Notes: generated by a model from the sequence alone, not told the origin. A stretch of 64,000 nucleotides of DNA, filler included, from Stramenopiles sp. TOSAG23-2 (GCA_900128395.1; 9 parts of 9 records of this genome joined end to end with filler, not necessarily neighbours in it), one strand, 5' to 3'. Shown: positions 20,544 through 32,366, counted from the first letter of the whole stretch. Translations and numbers: made by a program.

Positions 20544-21928
20544 AGAAGAAAAAGGCAGAACAAATGAAAAGATTACGTAGGTTTATGTTACATGTTACGC
20601 ATGGTACGTTGTTCCGTATATATACGGCATGGGCTGGGGAGACAAAACGTATGAATAGATTTAAATTCTTAGTTGGAAAAGCGAAAAATTCCACAGTTCA
20701 ACGTTTGGTAAATACATGGAGGGAAAACGCAACGTTTGTCCGCCGTAGACGTGAACTTGGACGTAAAATGTTCCTAAGTTGTGAGAAACTATGCTTCTTT
20801 GCATGGTATGAATTTCACATGGAGTGGCAAGCGTATAAATCTGGCGAAGCGACGACGATTCAATGTTGGTGGCGTTGTATATTGGCAAATAAAGAATATG
20901 AAAAGCGTTATGAGCATAAATTATTGTTGGATGAGCAAGAAAGGCAACGACAAGCATATGCTGAAAAAGAAAGTTGGCGACATAAAGAGATGGAAATTAA
21001 ACCAGGGGAGGAAACAGAACGATATAAAGACATTGTTGAGGAAATACGATTGGCGCAAGAATGGGGTGGAGGTTTATTTCATAGCGAGAAAGTATTACAT
21101 GACACTTTTGATATGCGTAGAAAAGGCCATATTGTCATGGCTCGTTTGAAAGAGGAATTAATCAAGGAAAATGCATTTATTGTACAAAGAAGAAATGCAG
21201 AAAAAGATTGGGAAAATTTATCATTTAAACTTGAAAATATACGTTTTTACAAAGAGACGCCGCAAGAGAAGTTGGCGCATGAAATGCATGATATACCTCA
21301 ACGCAGTGTGCATTTTCCAAATCGTACATTGCCTGGCGCTGGCGATACGATTATATGGCAAGGCGAACTTAGTACCAACTTTGAAAAAGATGTGACATCA
21401 ACATTGAAAGAATGGATGTTTATGAAAAAACAAGGATGGATTTCTCATTCTCAATTTTTACAATGGATATCAAAAGGATTTATGAAAAATTTAAATTCCT
21501 TTGAAAAACGGCAAGTGGTTTGGAAGGTATTGAAGGAGTTGTTTGAACCAAATTTAATCGCTGAAATTATAGTTACCTTTCAGAATAATGATATGATTAA
21601 AAAAATGGACATGGAACCAGCTTCCACGTATAAATATTGTAAAACAGGCGTTAAATTGGAATATTCAAAAGTGTACCACGGAAATGTAGTGGTGGATGAT
21701 GATGATGAAGAAGAAGAACTGGAACAAGATGTCGTTGTTGAAGAAGATGAAATAGAAAATAATGCTGATGCATTAGCAATTGTTGAAACGGATATCGACG
21801 AACAAAATGGAGATAAAGATGTACTTGTAAAAGAAGACAATGCTGATCCTCCAAAAACTATGATTGGTGCGGGGGAAGAAGGGGAAGAAAAGGCAATTGT
21901 AGACGACGATGAACAGAAAGAGGATTGA
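20531..21928 (+). CDS. C-terminal continuation of the LRR/IQ gene after a frameshift near 20510
   Basis: Overlaps the previous ORF, and its frame is open back to ~20504. Sfi1-like repeats, an IQ motif (IQCWWR) and an acidic tail. Confidence 0.7.
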   Translation: MYRMKKKKAEQMKRLRRFMLHVTHGTLFRIYTAWAGETKRMNRFKFLVGKAKNSTVQRLVNTWRENATFVRRRRELGRKMFLSCEKLCFFAWYEFHMEWQAYKSGEATTIQCWWRCILANKEYEKRYEHKLLLDEQERQRQAYAEKESWRHKEMEIKPGEETERYKDIVEEIRLAQEWGGGLFHSEKVLHDTFDMRRKGHIVMARLKEELIKENAFIVQRRNAEKDWENLSFKLENIRFYKETPQEKLAHEMHDIPQRSVHFPNRTLPGAGDTIIWQGELSTNFEKDVTSTLKEWMFMKKQGWISHSQFLQWISKGFMKNLNSFEKRQVVWKVLKELFEPNLIAEIIVTFQNNDMIKKMDMEPASTYKYCKTGVKLEYSKVYHGNVVVDDDDEEEELEQDVVVEEDEIENNADALAIVETDIDEQNGDKDVLVKEDNADPPKTMIGAGEEGEEKAIVDDDEQKED

Positions 21929-22158
21929 AAATTTTTAAAACTATTTTGAATTCAGAATTTCTGAACAAACATACGAAGTAAAATATTATTAGAATACCGC
22001 GTCTCACAGAGGACCAATAAATATTATGTGATTAACGATATTATAAATTTTATAAAATAATGTTTTCAAGGAAAAATTGTATAAAATAAGGCGCGCGTAA
22101 TGTATACACACACATATATATACCTATACATGCATGTAATATCATATTATAAAAACAT

Positions 22159-22386
22159 TTATTCACTAGGCCTAAAAGCTTCTAAATCTAAATCTGTCCA
22201 TTTACTTTCCTCTTTCCTCGCTGCTTCACTTTCACCAGCATCTATATCTGCATCATCATGTGGTATATCTAACTCAATAGGTATATCAATTTCATCATCC
22301 GATAATGTATCTTCTAGCCATTTCGGTTCAATGACATCTAAATATCGCTTTGGCCTATATACATAATCAAAATCACTTTTCGACAT
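22159..22386 (-). CDS. APC13: Anaphase-promoting complex subunit 13
   Basis: 75 aa. LDVIEPKWLEDTLSDDEIDIP and EESKWTDLDL match the Apc13 pattern. Confidence 0.85.
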   Translation of the reverse strand: MSKSDFDYVYRPKRYLDVIEPKWLEDTLSDDEIDIPIELDIPHDDADIDAGESEAARKEESKWTDLDLEAFRPSE

Positions 22387-22666
22387 GTTGGTAAATTATA
22401 ATATATAAATATAATAATAAATCACTTTTTGTTTCTACTTCTTTTGATTCATACCTTTCACACAGAATATAAATATACCTTTTACTTTGTTTTCTATGAT
22501 AATAATTTTTAAATATTTTATTATAAAAAATTCAAAAAAAGGTTTTTTTATTAATAAGGTGTTTTAATTTTTTTTCGTAGATTTCAGTGTGGTACGTTAG
22601 AGTACAAGCAAACTATTCAATTTAAAAACCCCCTTAAAACCTCACCGACACCAAAGAGACTCTTTT

Positions 22667-22887
22667 TTGCCGACACGCACTTCTAGAAGAAAATGCAGAG
22701 ATTAGAACGTATTATATATATAAAAGTGTAAATGTTCAATATACGTATGCGATATGGATTTTATGTGTGTATACATTTGTTGTACATATATCTAGAATTT
22801 CAATCTCTCTCTATCTATCTCTTTCCTTTTCCTGTTACAACCCATGTACATATTAACAGATCAGTGCGTGTAAGTTTGTTCTTATTG
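22667..22887. repeat. UFD1 stop/3' flank, source of the copy at 15234-15453
   Basis: Direct-orientation match to 15234-15453. Includes the UFD1 stop codon. Confidence 0.9.
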
Positions 22888-23934
22888 CAATTTTCTACCA
22901 CCATCACCCCATACACCACTTATTTTACCTTTACCTTTTTTTTTAAATTTAGATAAATCACGTTTTAATGCAGGGGATGTTTTTTTCCCCATCATGTTAT
23001 TATTTTGAACTATATTATTATCCGATTTCTTTCCAGGTGTTTTCTTACCATCGACACGTCGTCCATGGCCAGAAAACGGCACGACAGTTGGTGGATTGCT
23101 TAATTTTCTCATACGTTCAGCTCTTTCTTCTGCTAATTTTGCTAAATCATAGGACGGATTGCGTTTTTTACTATTATTATCATTCATGTTTTTCTTATCA
23201 TTACCAAGTTTATTAACATCATCATTTGTTAAATCAATTGGTGCTTTTGGTGGTGATTTTGAATCACCATTTGATACCGGTGCTTTTGGTTGTGGTTCTT
23301 TATATCCAACAGGCGCTTCAAAATCCACATTACAATCCGTTTCAATGATTGAACATGCTTTCCCTGGTTTTAATTCACGAACATCTATATAATAATTTCG
23401 ATTATTATGTGGAACACAAATTTGATCACCTATTGTTAAACATGTAAATCGTCTTAATGTCGTTTCTAAAACTGCTTTTGGGTTATGTAACTTAATAAAA
23501 TCAGTACTTTGTGGTCTTAATTTAACATATGTTGCTTTTGGTAAACTGACATTATCAATTTTAATCAAAGCACCTTCTTCCAATAATAAATTTTGCATCA
23601 TCCAATGCGGTATGTAACATTTACCTTCCTCCGCACTAAATTCTAATACACCACAATGTGTTGATTGAGTACTATTTGCTGAGTTTGTTAAACGAAATAA
23701 CATAGGATATTGAATATTCATCCTAGCTAATACGTTAAATGCTGACTGTGGCATAACGATTTTATCACCTTTTTCCATCTCTGTACTATTTGATTTTCCA
23801 TGCATAGCAACGGAATAGCAACGATAACATTCAGTAAATGTCCGCCCACCACCACCACGGCGTCCACCAAAACCACCATATCCAAAACCATTATTATTAT
23901 TATTATTTGGTTGTCCAAAACCAAAATTAAACAT
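22882..23934 (-). CDS. UFD1: Ubiquitin fusion degradation protein 1
   Basis: YRCYS, GDKIVMPQSA, THCGVLEFSAEEG, IIETDCNVDFEAPVGY and the SHP-box-like FSGHGRRVDGK. Confidence 0.96.
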   Translation of the reverse strand: MFNFGFGQPNNNNNNGFGYGGFGGRRGGGGRTFTECYRCYSVAMHGKSNSTEMEKGDKIVMPQSAFNVLARMNIQYPMLFRLTNSANSTQSTHCGVLEFSAEEGKCYIPHWMMQNLLLEEGALIKIDNVSLPKATYVKLRPQSTDFIKLHNPKAVLETTLRRFTCLTIGDQICVPHNNRNYYIDVRELKPGKACSIIETDCNVDFEAPVGYKEPQPKAPVSNGDSKSPPKAPIDLTNDDVNKLGNDKKNMNDNNSKKRNPSYDLAKLAEERAERMRKLSNPPTVVPFSGHGRRVDGKKTPGKKSDNNIVQNNNMMGKKTSPALKRDLSKFKKKGKGKISGVWGDGGRKLQ

Positions 23935-24164
23935 GTTTAAATTTTATTAAATGATGTACGATTTTTTTTTTCTTAATTCCGGGTATTATCGTATATATAT
24001 ATGTCGTATAGAATATGTCAGATATATTATATAAACACGCTATCAATCACTTGTTATGGTAACTCTTACATGTATATATATTTATGTATTTATGTAGAAT
24101 CCTGTTCCTTCATCTAGTTGTTCTATTTGCCACTTCTTTAGTCGTTTTTTTGATGTTTTGATTC

Positions 24165-24192
24165 AATATTTTTTTTTAATATTTTTTTTTTA

Positions 24193-24223
<31 letters not shown>

Positions 24224-24236
24224 TTTTTTTTTTTTT

Positions 24237-24268
<32 letters not shown>
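24165..24268. repeat. Interrupted poly-T tract upstream of UFD1
   Basis: About 100 nt of T runs broken by short A interruptions. Confidence 0.85.
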
Positions 24269-24743
24269 TCAAAAAAAATTGTTGAAAGATAGAAAAACTG
24301 TGATATGATGCAAGTACAACCATCAGTATTGTTATTATAAGGTGATTTATAACCCTAAAAAAAAGCCGGAGGTACGAACTTCGCTATTTCGTACATGGAA
24401 AAAGTTAAAAGTGGAAAGAGTCCCCCGGATCCTGGAAAATACGAGACCACAAAAGTGGCAAAGTGGCGCAACAGTTTTGATCGATTAGAAGTCGACAATG
24501 TGGGGACAATATATGACAGAAGGGTCTAAATGCAACAAGATAGGAAAAAACATACGAAGCGTATCATTTGTGTACATATGGCTTCTATGTTTAGGCAAAG
24601 TTGAAAAAAGATTTGAAAAGGATTTTTAAAATGATATTTATTTTTATGATACTTGTTCACTTTTAAAAAAATCATCACACTAATTCAACAGGTATTTCTC
24701 TCTCTCTCTCTCTGCCTCTCTCCTGTTATAAATACTATTACCT

Positions 24744-26289
24744 TTACAGACGATTCGCACAAGTACCACTTGCAGATCTTGCTGCTGATGCAAATAATCT
24801 CCTTCGTCTTCTTCGTTTCTGGTGATAATTCGCATCTTTAATTGTATATATTGAACCTGTTAATTTCACATTTCTTGAAAAATGATTATCATTATCATCT
24901 TTCATTTTCAACAATGTATTCTTACATTTAGGAACACCTTTACATTCATTATAATCTCTTGAACCTTCGCAACAATTTGTACTGTCCATGTATGCGTTCA
25001 CTTTGATATTTGTACCAATTAAATAGTTTCTAATATTACATTTTGGTAGTTCACTTTGTAAATATCCATCTTGATCTTCTGTATTTAAATGAATAGCTGC
25101 AACCCATTCTTTTCTTGTCCCGTTTGTATCCATGGCAACTTGTTGAATGGAAATATCTTTCGCATCAAACAATGCTGAGGGACATGATTCATCAACAACA
25201 TTATAACGTATTTGTTTTTTCACACTTATCATATGATTTTTATAATGTTTCGATATTTCATCTTTTAAATAATATATTGCAATATTTTTCACATTGACAT
25301 TTGATAAATCTAATTGATTGGAACCTTTACAAAACAATTTCTTCTTTGTTTCTAATTCCGTTGGTCCAAAATGCGCCATGTTTGAACATGTTGTTTTCTT
25401 TTCAGCTTTTATATTTTTAGATTTAGATTGCATAGCTGTAGCAAGCCCTGGAGTTAACAGACCTAAATTTGAAGCACTTGTTTTTCCTAAGCGATTGATC
25501 TTATTTGATTGCTGACGATTTAATAACGATTCTTCCATTGTTTCAATGAATGAAGATTCTTGTAGTGGTATTGGTGTTGCATATAAATCTTCAATTAAAT
25601 TATAAAATTGTTTCATTGAATGATGATATGAAATAAATAATTCACATAATTTTGTATCATCTTTTGCATTTGGTGCATCTATTATACGTGGACCACATGT
25701 TGAAACACTTTTGAAAAATGTATTGACTAAATTTGTTGCTAATTGTTTTTTGTTTGAACGAATATGTTTTAATGACTTTAATAAGTCAAGCATACCTTTA
25801 TGTAAATAACCTTCGTATTTAATGGTATCTGTCACTTCAACATATAAATTATGACGACTATAATTGCCACCAGATGATAATGCAAATGGTACAATTTCAC
25901 CACGATTTAATTCACCAGATGGATCTTTGCATACTTCTAATGTTGTATCACGTCGTTCTTTACAACATATATTTGGCCAAAATATTTTTGCTTCTTTATC
26001 AATTGATTGAACTTGAAATAAATTATCTAAATCCATTCTGAAAGAACAAAATGATTTTAATAATTCATCACGATTTGTATCAATGCATGTAGTATCTTCA
26101 TTATCTTCAATTTCATTTGAAATTTCAACAGCAGGAAAGATAACAGTACCTTTTGAACGTTGTTTTTCACAGGATGATTTTTCATTTTCATTGTCTTTTG
26201 ATTTACGATCTTCCATGTATTTGTCATGTTGTATACGTATTTGTTCTTTTTGCCATAAACGTGAATTTTTGATAGATAAATCATTTTGT
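24744..26289 (-). CDS. Hypothetical protein, 5'-partial
   Basis: The frame of the 490-aa ORF stays open up to the contig end at 26289. No family recognised. Confidence 0.6.
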
Positions 26290-26389
26290 NNNNNNNNNNN
26301 NNNNNNNNNNNNNNNNNNNNNNNNNNNNNNNNNTTAATTAATTAANNNNNNNNNNNNNNNNNNNNNNNNNNNNNNNNNNNNNNNNNNNN
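26290..26389. other. Artificial contig linker
   Basis: 44 N + TTAATTAATTAA + 44 N, giving stops in all six frames. Confidence 0.98.
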
Positions 26390-26500
26390 GGGAGAAAACA
26401 GCCAAACACACACATATCAACAACAGAAACAATATATATATATATATATCATACAACAGCACATAAGATAACACAAATATAAAGCAAATATATAACACAC

Positions 26501-27892
26501 ATGGCTACTATTACCGCATCAAATGCATTATCCACGTCACCACCTGTATCACCGTTAAAAGATAAAACTGATGAACTCGAGGAATCTTATACCTCTATCG
26601 CACAAGTAACACCAATAAAATCTAAAAAGAAACATTTAGACTATCCAAAATCCATTATCGCTAGTGTAAGAAAAGGGGGTACACTCGAAGAAAAGGGGAA
26701 AATATTGGATGAAGGGTTAAATAACATATTGTCCAATGACCCAAACGATACGTTTGACACATTAATACTTGAACCATTTTCAGTCGACTCAAAGACAGAG
26801 GAAGCTTTTGAGGAGTTAAAAATATTTAAAGCTAAACATGCTGCAGAAGTGGAGCGTTGGACAAAAGCGGAAGAGACACAAGTTACGGTAAACGAGTTGC
26901 CATTTGAAACAGTTAATCGATTATTTCCTGTATTTGTGAAACTTTTGAAAAAGACGCAATTTCCTGTGCGGCCTATTGAAGACATTAAAGTGGATGATCC
27001 GAATGAAGCCATCTTTTCCATATCGAAAGCGGAGCTACAAGAAAATGAAAATGCTGATAAAATTGAAGACAGATTTTCTGAAGCATCTGTATCAACAATT
27101 GCAGAATCCTTGCGTGAGTTAATTTATGAAGAAAAAGATGAATTTGATACGTCAGTGGAGGATGGAAAATGTCCTTGGGGCGATGGTAATCCAAGAATTG
27201 AATTTAAGGAAGAAGATAAGAATTTTTTTGAATCATTCTGGACACCAAAAGGTGATGGTTTCTTCGATACATCATTAGATGAAAAACGCGCTGCAATTGC
27301 AAATTGTTGGCGTTACCAACCACGTACAGATGTCATTGCTAAAGATGTTATGACTAAAAAACAAGATTTGCTATTTAAACAACGTCAAGCACGCGGTCCG
27401 TTATCCGATTCAGCAATTCGCAGGCGTAAATTGAAAATGACATATTACTTTCAAAAGCAATATAAAAAGAAATCATTGAGTAAGAAAACAATACGTTTGA
27501 ATCAAGGTATTTTAGGCGAATGTGTAAAAGTTTTAACACGGGAAATGATCCCCGCAATTGTTGCAAAACATTTGAAATATGATGAAGATTTTTTAAACAA
27601 ATGGGCTACACGTGGTGAGAAACATACATCTTACTTCATATCATCACCACGAGTAACGTCATTTATTTTCAAAAGCACAAAATTAAAAAAGTTAAAAGAT
27701 ACACAAATGCTTACTTGGGAAAATGAGCGCTCAGAACGATTAAGAAAAGCTCGACTTCGAATATACGGTGAAGACAAATCAGCATATCCTGTAATTAAAA
27801 AGACGGAAAAAGATGAAAGAGATGTAGAGGCGCTAGAATATTACGAAGCAGATAATATTGATTATTCTACTGACGACAAAATTTTCATTTAA
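26501..27892 (+). CDS. Hypothetical protein
   Basis: 463-aa charged ORF with an ATG start after an AT-rich leader. No family recognised. Confidence 0.65.
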   Translation: MATITASNALSTSPPVSPLKDKTDELEESYTSIAQVTPIKSKKKHLDYPKSIIASVRKGGTLEEKGKILDEGLNNILSNDPNDTFDTLILEPFSVDSKTEEAFEELKIFKAKHAAEVERWTKAEETQVTVNELPFETVNRLFPVFVKLLKKTQFPVRPIEDIKVDDPNEAIFSISKAELQENENADKIEDRFSEASVSTIAESLRELIYEEKDEFDTSVEDGKCPWGDGNPRIEFKEEDKNFFESFWTPKGDGFFDTSLDEKRAAIANCWRYQPRTDVIAKDVMTKKQDLLFKQRQARGPLSDSAIRRRKLKMTYYFQKQYKKKSLSKKTIRLNQGILGECVKVLTREMIPAIVAKHLKYDEDFLNKWATRGEKHTSYFISSPRVTSFIFKSTKLKKLKDTQMLTWENERSERLRKARLRIYGEDKSAYPVIKKTEKDERDVEALEYYEADNIDYSTDDKIFI

Positions 27893-28224
27893 AAGAAAAA
27901 AACAGACATTTTTTGTGTACATGTATATATATTAATATATGATACTTCGTATATTATGCATTTATTCTACTGACGACAAAATTTTCATTTAAAAGAAAAA
28001 AACAGACATTTTTTGTGTACATGTATATATATTAATATATGATACTTCGTATATTATGCATTAAAATCAAAATTTACGGTGGGCGTATAATTTTTTTATA
28101 TTGATATATATAATATTAAGAACACTGCTGTATGATACGTCGTACATTTTCTTTCAAAAAAATCCCTCATTCTTCTCTATTATCTCTATTTTTTTATATG
28201 TATCTATGATTTATTAATTTTTAC

Positions 28225-29649
28225 TTATCCTAAATATTCTGCCACTTCATCATACGAAAATTGTTTCACTTTATCCTTACTATCTAATTTAACATGTACA
28301 CGTTTAGTTTTTTTATCACGAAGTAGCATTTGGCCACTTTTAAATTTCCTCTTCCCAGACAATATCATTACACGACCACTTTTCTTTGGTAATCTATCTA
28401 ATTTAACATGTACACGTTTAGTTTTTTTATCACGAAGTAGCATTTGGCCACTTTTAAATTTCCTCTTCCCAGACAATATCATTACACGACCACTTTTCTT
28501 TGGTAATGCACTATTCAACCATTCTTGCTTAATATTATTTAAAATTACACCATCGGTATCCATGACTAAAGTACATACTTTTGGTTGCACAACATCTCTA
28601 ATAACACCTTTCATTGCATAATATTTATTACCATTACCACCAATATTTTCATAATTTATACGTACACGTATGTTTGGTATTAACCAATTAGATTGCATAT
28701 CAACATTGTTCATGTTGTTGTTGTTATTATTATCATCATTATTTGCATTGGTATTGCTGGTCATGGATGATCCTTTACTTGATGAATTCGAGGACATACT
28801 TCTATTATTATCAATATGTATGTAATGATCCTTTGGTAATATATTTTCATTAATAACTTTAATATCTATATTCGTATCTAATAATGATAAATCCATAACT
28901 TTTTTAGATCGACCGACGACTGCTTTAATTGTTTCTATATTTACATTTATCACACGACCATATTCAATAATTTTTGTAACATAGTTCTTACATTCAATGA
29001 TATCACCCACATTATAATTACTTTTAGCTAATTCTTGCATTTTTTTCATTTTTTTCCTTTTAGGTTCATCTATTTGTTTCTTTTTTAAATCTTCAAATGA
29101 GATTGCACCTAAACCTAATCTGCCAGCACGTGCTTTTGGGATAAATGGATCTGGTCCATCGTCATCTTCATAATCGTTATTTGCATTTTTCTTCCCATTT
29201 TTTCCGTTACTTGTGTTTACTTTCTTCTTTGGATTCCATCCCATACCACGAAGCATAGCCATTCCAAAATCTTCAACCGGCATTTCTTCAAATATTTCTT
29301 TATCTTCCGTATCAACATCGTCTGGACAATTTGATAATTGTGCTTGAAGTCTTTCCTTTTCATTTTTATATGTTTTTTCATGATCTTTATTAGCAAGCAA
29401 CGTTTGAAGAACTTGTGAAACTTGTTTTGTTTTTTTTGAACCATCGCTTGAATCTTTAGTTGTGTTCGATGTGTTGTCTTTCATTATTTTTTTTGCTATT
29501 GGTATAATTTTTGGTTTATCTATTGTTTTTGTATCACTATTTTTATTGTTATTATTATCATTCGAGTTATTATTGTTAGTACCATTAAATGCACTGGTTA
29601 CATTTGCACTACGTTTTCTTTTTTTCTTTCCAACAATTTTAATATCCAT
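28225..29649 (-). CDS. GPKOW: G-patch and KOW domain splicing factor (Spp2/MOS2 family)
   Basis: EEMPVEDFGMAMLRGMGW...LGLGA G-patch, WLIPNIRVR and KOW motifs. Carries an in-frame 114-bp duplication at 28280-28507. Confidence 0.9.
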   Translation of the reverse strand: MDIKIVGKKKRKRSANVTSAFNGTNNNNSNDNNNNKNSDTKTIDKPKIIPIAKKIMKDNTSNTTKDSSDGSKKTKQVSQVLQTLLANKDHEKTYKNEKERLQAQLSNCPDDVDTEDKEIFEEMPVEDFGMAMLRGMGWNPKKKVNTSNGKNGKKNANNDYEDDDGPDPFIPKARAGRLGLGAISFEDLKKKQIDEPKRKKMKKMQELAKSNYNVGDIIECKNYVTKIIEYGRVINVNIETIKAVVGRSKKVMDLSLLDTNIDIKVINENILPKDHYIHIDNNRSMSSNSSSKGSSMTSNTNANNDDNNNNNNMNNVDMQSNWLIPNIRVRINYENIGGNGNKYYAMKGVIRDVVQPKVCTLVMDTDGVILNNIKQEWLNSALPKKSGRVMILSGKRKFKSGQMLLRDKKTKRVHVKLDRLPKKSGRVMILSGKRKFKSGQMLLRDKKTKRVHVKLDSKDKVKQFSYDEVAEYLG

Positions 29650-30241
29650 GATTACTGTTATACTGGCTGTAGATTAATTGAATTAATTAATGTTCTTCTT
29701 GTTGTAAAATGGATTGTCTAGGCTTTATTTCCTTTCTTTTTGATTCTCGATACTTTGTAATGTACTACTTACGTACATCTGAATATTATTATTTATTATT
29801 CTAGAATTATTTTTTGTGATTGAATTAATTAATGTTCTTCTTGTTGTAAAATGGATTGTCTAGGCTTTATTTCCTTTCTTTTTGATTCTCGATACTTTGT
29901 AATGTACTACTTACGTACATCTGAATATTATTATTTATTATTCTAGAATTATTTTTTGTGAGAAAATAATAGCAATAAGTGCATAATAAATTCGGATTTC
30001 GAAATTTGTTTGCTGGTTTGCACATTTCGAACTTTGAACATCCCCCCTTATACTGGCCATACTTGGTACAGTACTAATACGCGAAAAAACCTAAAAAAAC
30101 AAAAACTAAACATTCCAATATAATAGCATTGAAATAGCACTAAGAAGAAATGTTTGATTGGTTATAAAATAAATATAATAAAAAAAAAATATATATTTAT
30201 ATTTTTCATAAAAATGATTATCATATATTATTTTAATAATT

Positions 30242-30464
30242 TTATTGTAGTTGTGCTTTTACTGGCTCTCCACACCCATCTAGTTTTGGCATTTTAATAC
30301 AGATATCCCTAACCGTGCTTTTTTTTTGACATGCCATACAACTTGCAGTCATAGCTTTACAACATACTTTATCTTTGAACATTAATGCGCATCCTTCCGT
30401 TTTTGGTTGTTTACGGCAATAATCTTTCACGCCAGTATTTGCATTACATGTTGAATACTTTCAT
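30242..30464 (-). pseudogene. Cys-rich repeat protein fragment
   Basis: YCRKQPKTEGC...CCKAMTASCMAC...C.KMPKLDGC. The nearest ATG (MKVFNM*) is out of frame. Confidence 0.4.
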
Positions 30465-31026
30465 TGTTATATATGTAATTATATATTAAATATAAATATA
30501 AATATATATCTATCTATATATATATATCTTCCTGATTGTGTTCTTTCGTCTATCAATGTGTTTGTCTATTAATGTATGTCATGTATGTTTGTATATTTCT
30601 GTAAATATTAACCACTTGTGTGTGTATTGTATTGTATATGTAGTAGATGATACCATGGCCATATCATAGCATTCATAAATCAGTGTACCTCCCCTCCCTT
30701 TCATGTAACAAATGGTCAAATCCTCCTCGTTTTAGTAGTTTTACATGATAATAGCATTACTAACAGACTTTCCTCAGCATCAGGATGATTATATTTGCAA
30801 TAGCACTACATAGTATATATGTACAGATTCGACTATACTTTATGTATGATTTCGGCCTAAACACCTCTCTACGCCTGAACAAATTACTAAGCACCTAATA
30901 TGAATGAACCATTATGTGTACACATATATATTTATATGATGTACATACAAACATGTACATACAGATATACAAATATATATCTCATGATGTGATATAACAG
31001 ACGAACAAAACAAAACATATCGAAAC

Positions 31027-31596
31027 ATGATGAAGACAATACATACAACATTATTGCTAGTAATGCTACTACTAGTAGTAGTATTTCTACGACAAACCAA
31101 TGCAATTTCACCACCAAAAGAAGAAGATTTAGAACCAAATGATGCAATTACATGCAAATTAGCTGGAAATAAAAATAAAGCATTGGATTGTTGGCCAATG
31201 TGCGTATGTCAAAAGTTTGCATGGACATTAGAATTCCAACCACATTTAAGACAAGAAATCAAAACGACGAAAATATGTGAAAATTGGGTGCAAAAAGAAA
31301 TCATGGAACCGAAATGTATGGTAGTATGTGCATCAATTGCACATGCTGTTTATGGTGCACAAGGAACTGATCCAAATGTATGCCAACATGCAGCACATGA
31401 AGTAGAAATGGTTGCTGGTGGAAAAGGGGAAAAGTTAGATTATCAAGTACCACGTTTTAAAGAAAAAGACCATCGTTTATCATTACGTAATAATAAGAAA
31501 CAAGTTAGTAATACACAAAAATGGCAATCATTAGTGGGAAAAGCAAAATGGATGCCAAAAGTAAAACCAGATCAAAAATATTTAGTTGGTAAATAA
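31027..31596 (+). CDS. Secreted Cys-rich hypothetical protein
   Basis: 189 aa with a hydrophobic signal peptide and 8 cysteines. Confidence 0.7.
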   Translation: MMKTIHTTLLLVMLLLVVVFLRQTNAISPPKEEDLEPNDAITCKLAGNKNKALDCWPMCVCQKFAWTLEFQPHLRQEIKTTKICENWVQKEIMEPKCMVVCASIAHAVYGAQGTDPNVCQHAAHEVEMVAGGKGEKLDYQVPRFKEKDHRLSLRNNKKQVSNTQKWQSLVGKAKWMPKVKPDQKYLVGK

Positions 31597-31663
31597 TTGT
31601 GAGATATTTTTTATTTAAATATAAAATGTGCCGAGTATCATAAAATATTAATACATATAATGA

Positions 31664-32366
31664 TGGTTAAAATCTAAGTTATAATATTTTTACACTTCTC
31701 GTGTTAAAGTAATATGCTCAATACTCAATCGCAAGAATAATAATGTTATCCTACTATAGTAAAGCTCTAATGCACCTCTGCAAACTAATACTCTACAAGC
31801 ACAAGTAGGTTTCTATCCTTCCGTGCGTTCTTACTCATATTGTCATTGGTGCTCAAGAGATGGTGAGGTTAGCGAAGGAGCAATGTAAAAAAAAGTTCCT
31901 CCTAAAAAATAATATTTAAAACATATTTAAACACGAATTAGAAGGAGTGTAAAAGAGAGCGTGTTTTAACATTAATGCATACGTAATTAATTTTAAATTA
32001 ATTTTTACTTTTATAATATAATTAATATTGGTTAAAATCTAAGTTATAATATTTTTACACTTCTCGTGTTAAAGTAATATGCTCAATACTCAATCGCAAG
32101 AATAATATGTTATCCTACTATAGTAAAGCTCTAATGCACCTCTGCAAACTAATACTCTACAAGCACAAGTAGGTTTCTATCCTTCCATGCGCGTTCGTTG
32201 AACGCGTTGGACGCCGGGCTCAATATATATTCATATTAATCACAGAATAATATGTTATCCTACTATAGTAAAGCTCTAATGCACCTCTGCAAACTAATAC
32301 TCTACAAGCACAAGTAGGTTTCTATCCTTCCGTGCGCAATCGTTGAACGCGCTGGACGTCGGGTTC
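31664..32366. repeat. Three locally repeated, slightly diverged non-coding units
   Basis: Copies start at 31664, 32029 and 32244 and share TGTTATCCTACTATAGTAAAGCTC...GTAGGTTTCTATCCTTCC. Confidence 0.9.

Noticed and set aside
26290..26389. TTAATTAATTAA palindrome repeated eight times between N runs
   Set aside because: Fixed 100-nt six-frame-stop linker used to concatenate contigs. Not biological.
28280..28507. Extra KOW repeat in GPKOW as a domain innovation
   Set aside because: Nucleotide-identical 114-bp duplication of the same class as the other probable artefacts.
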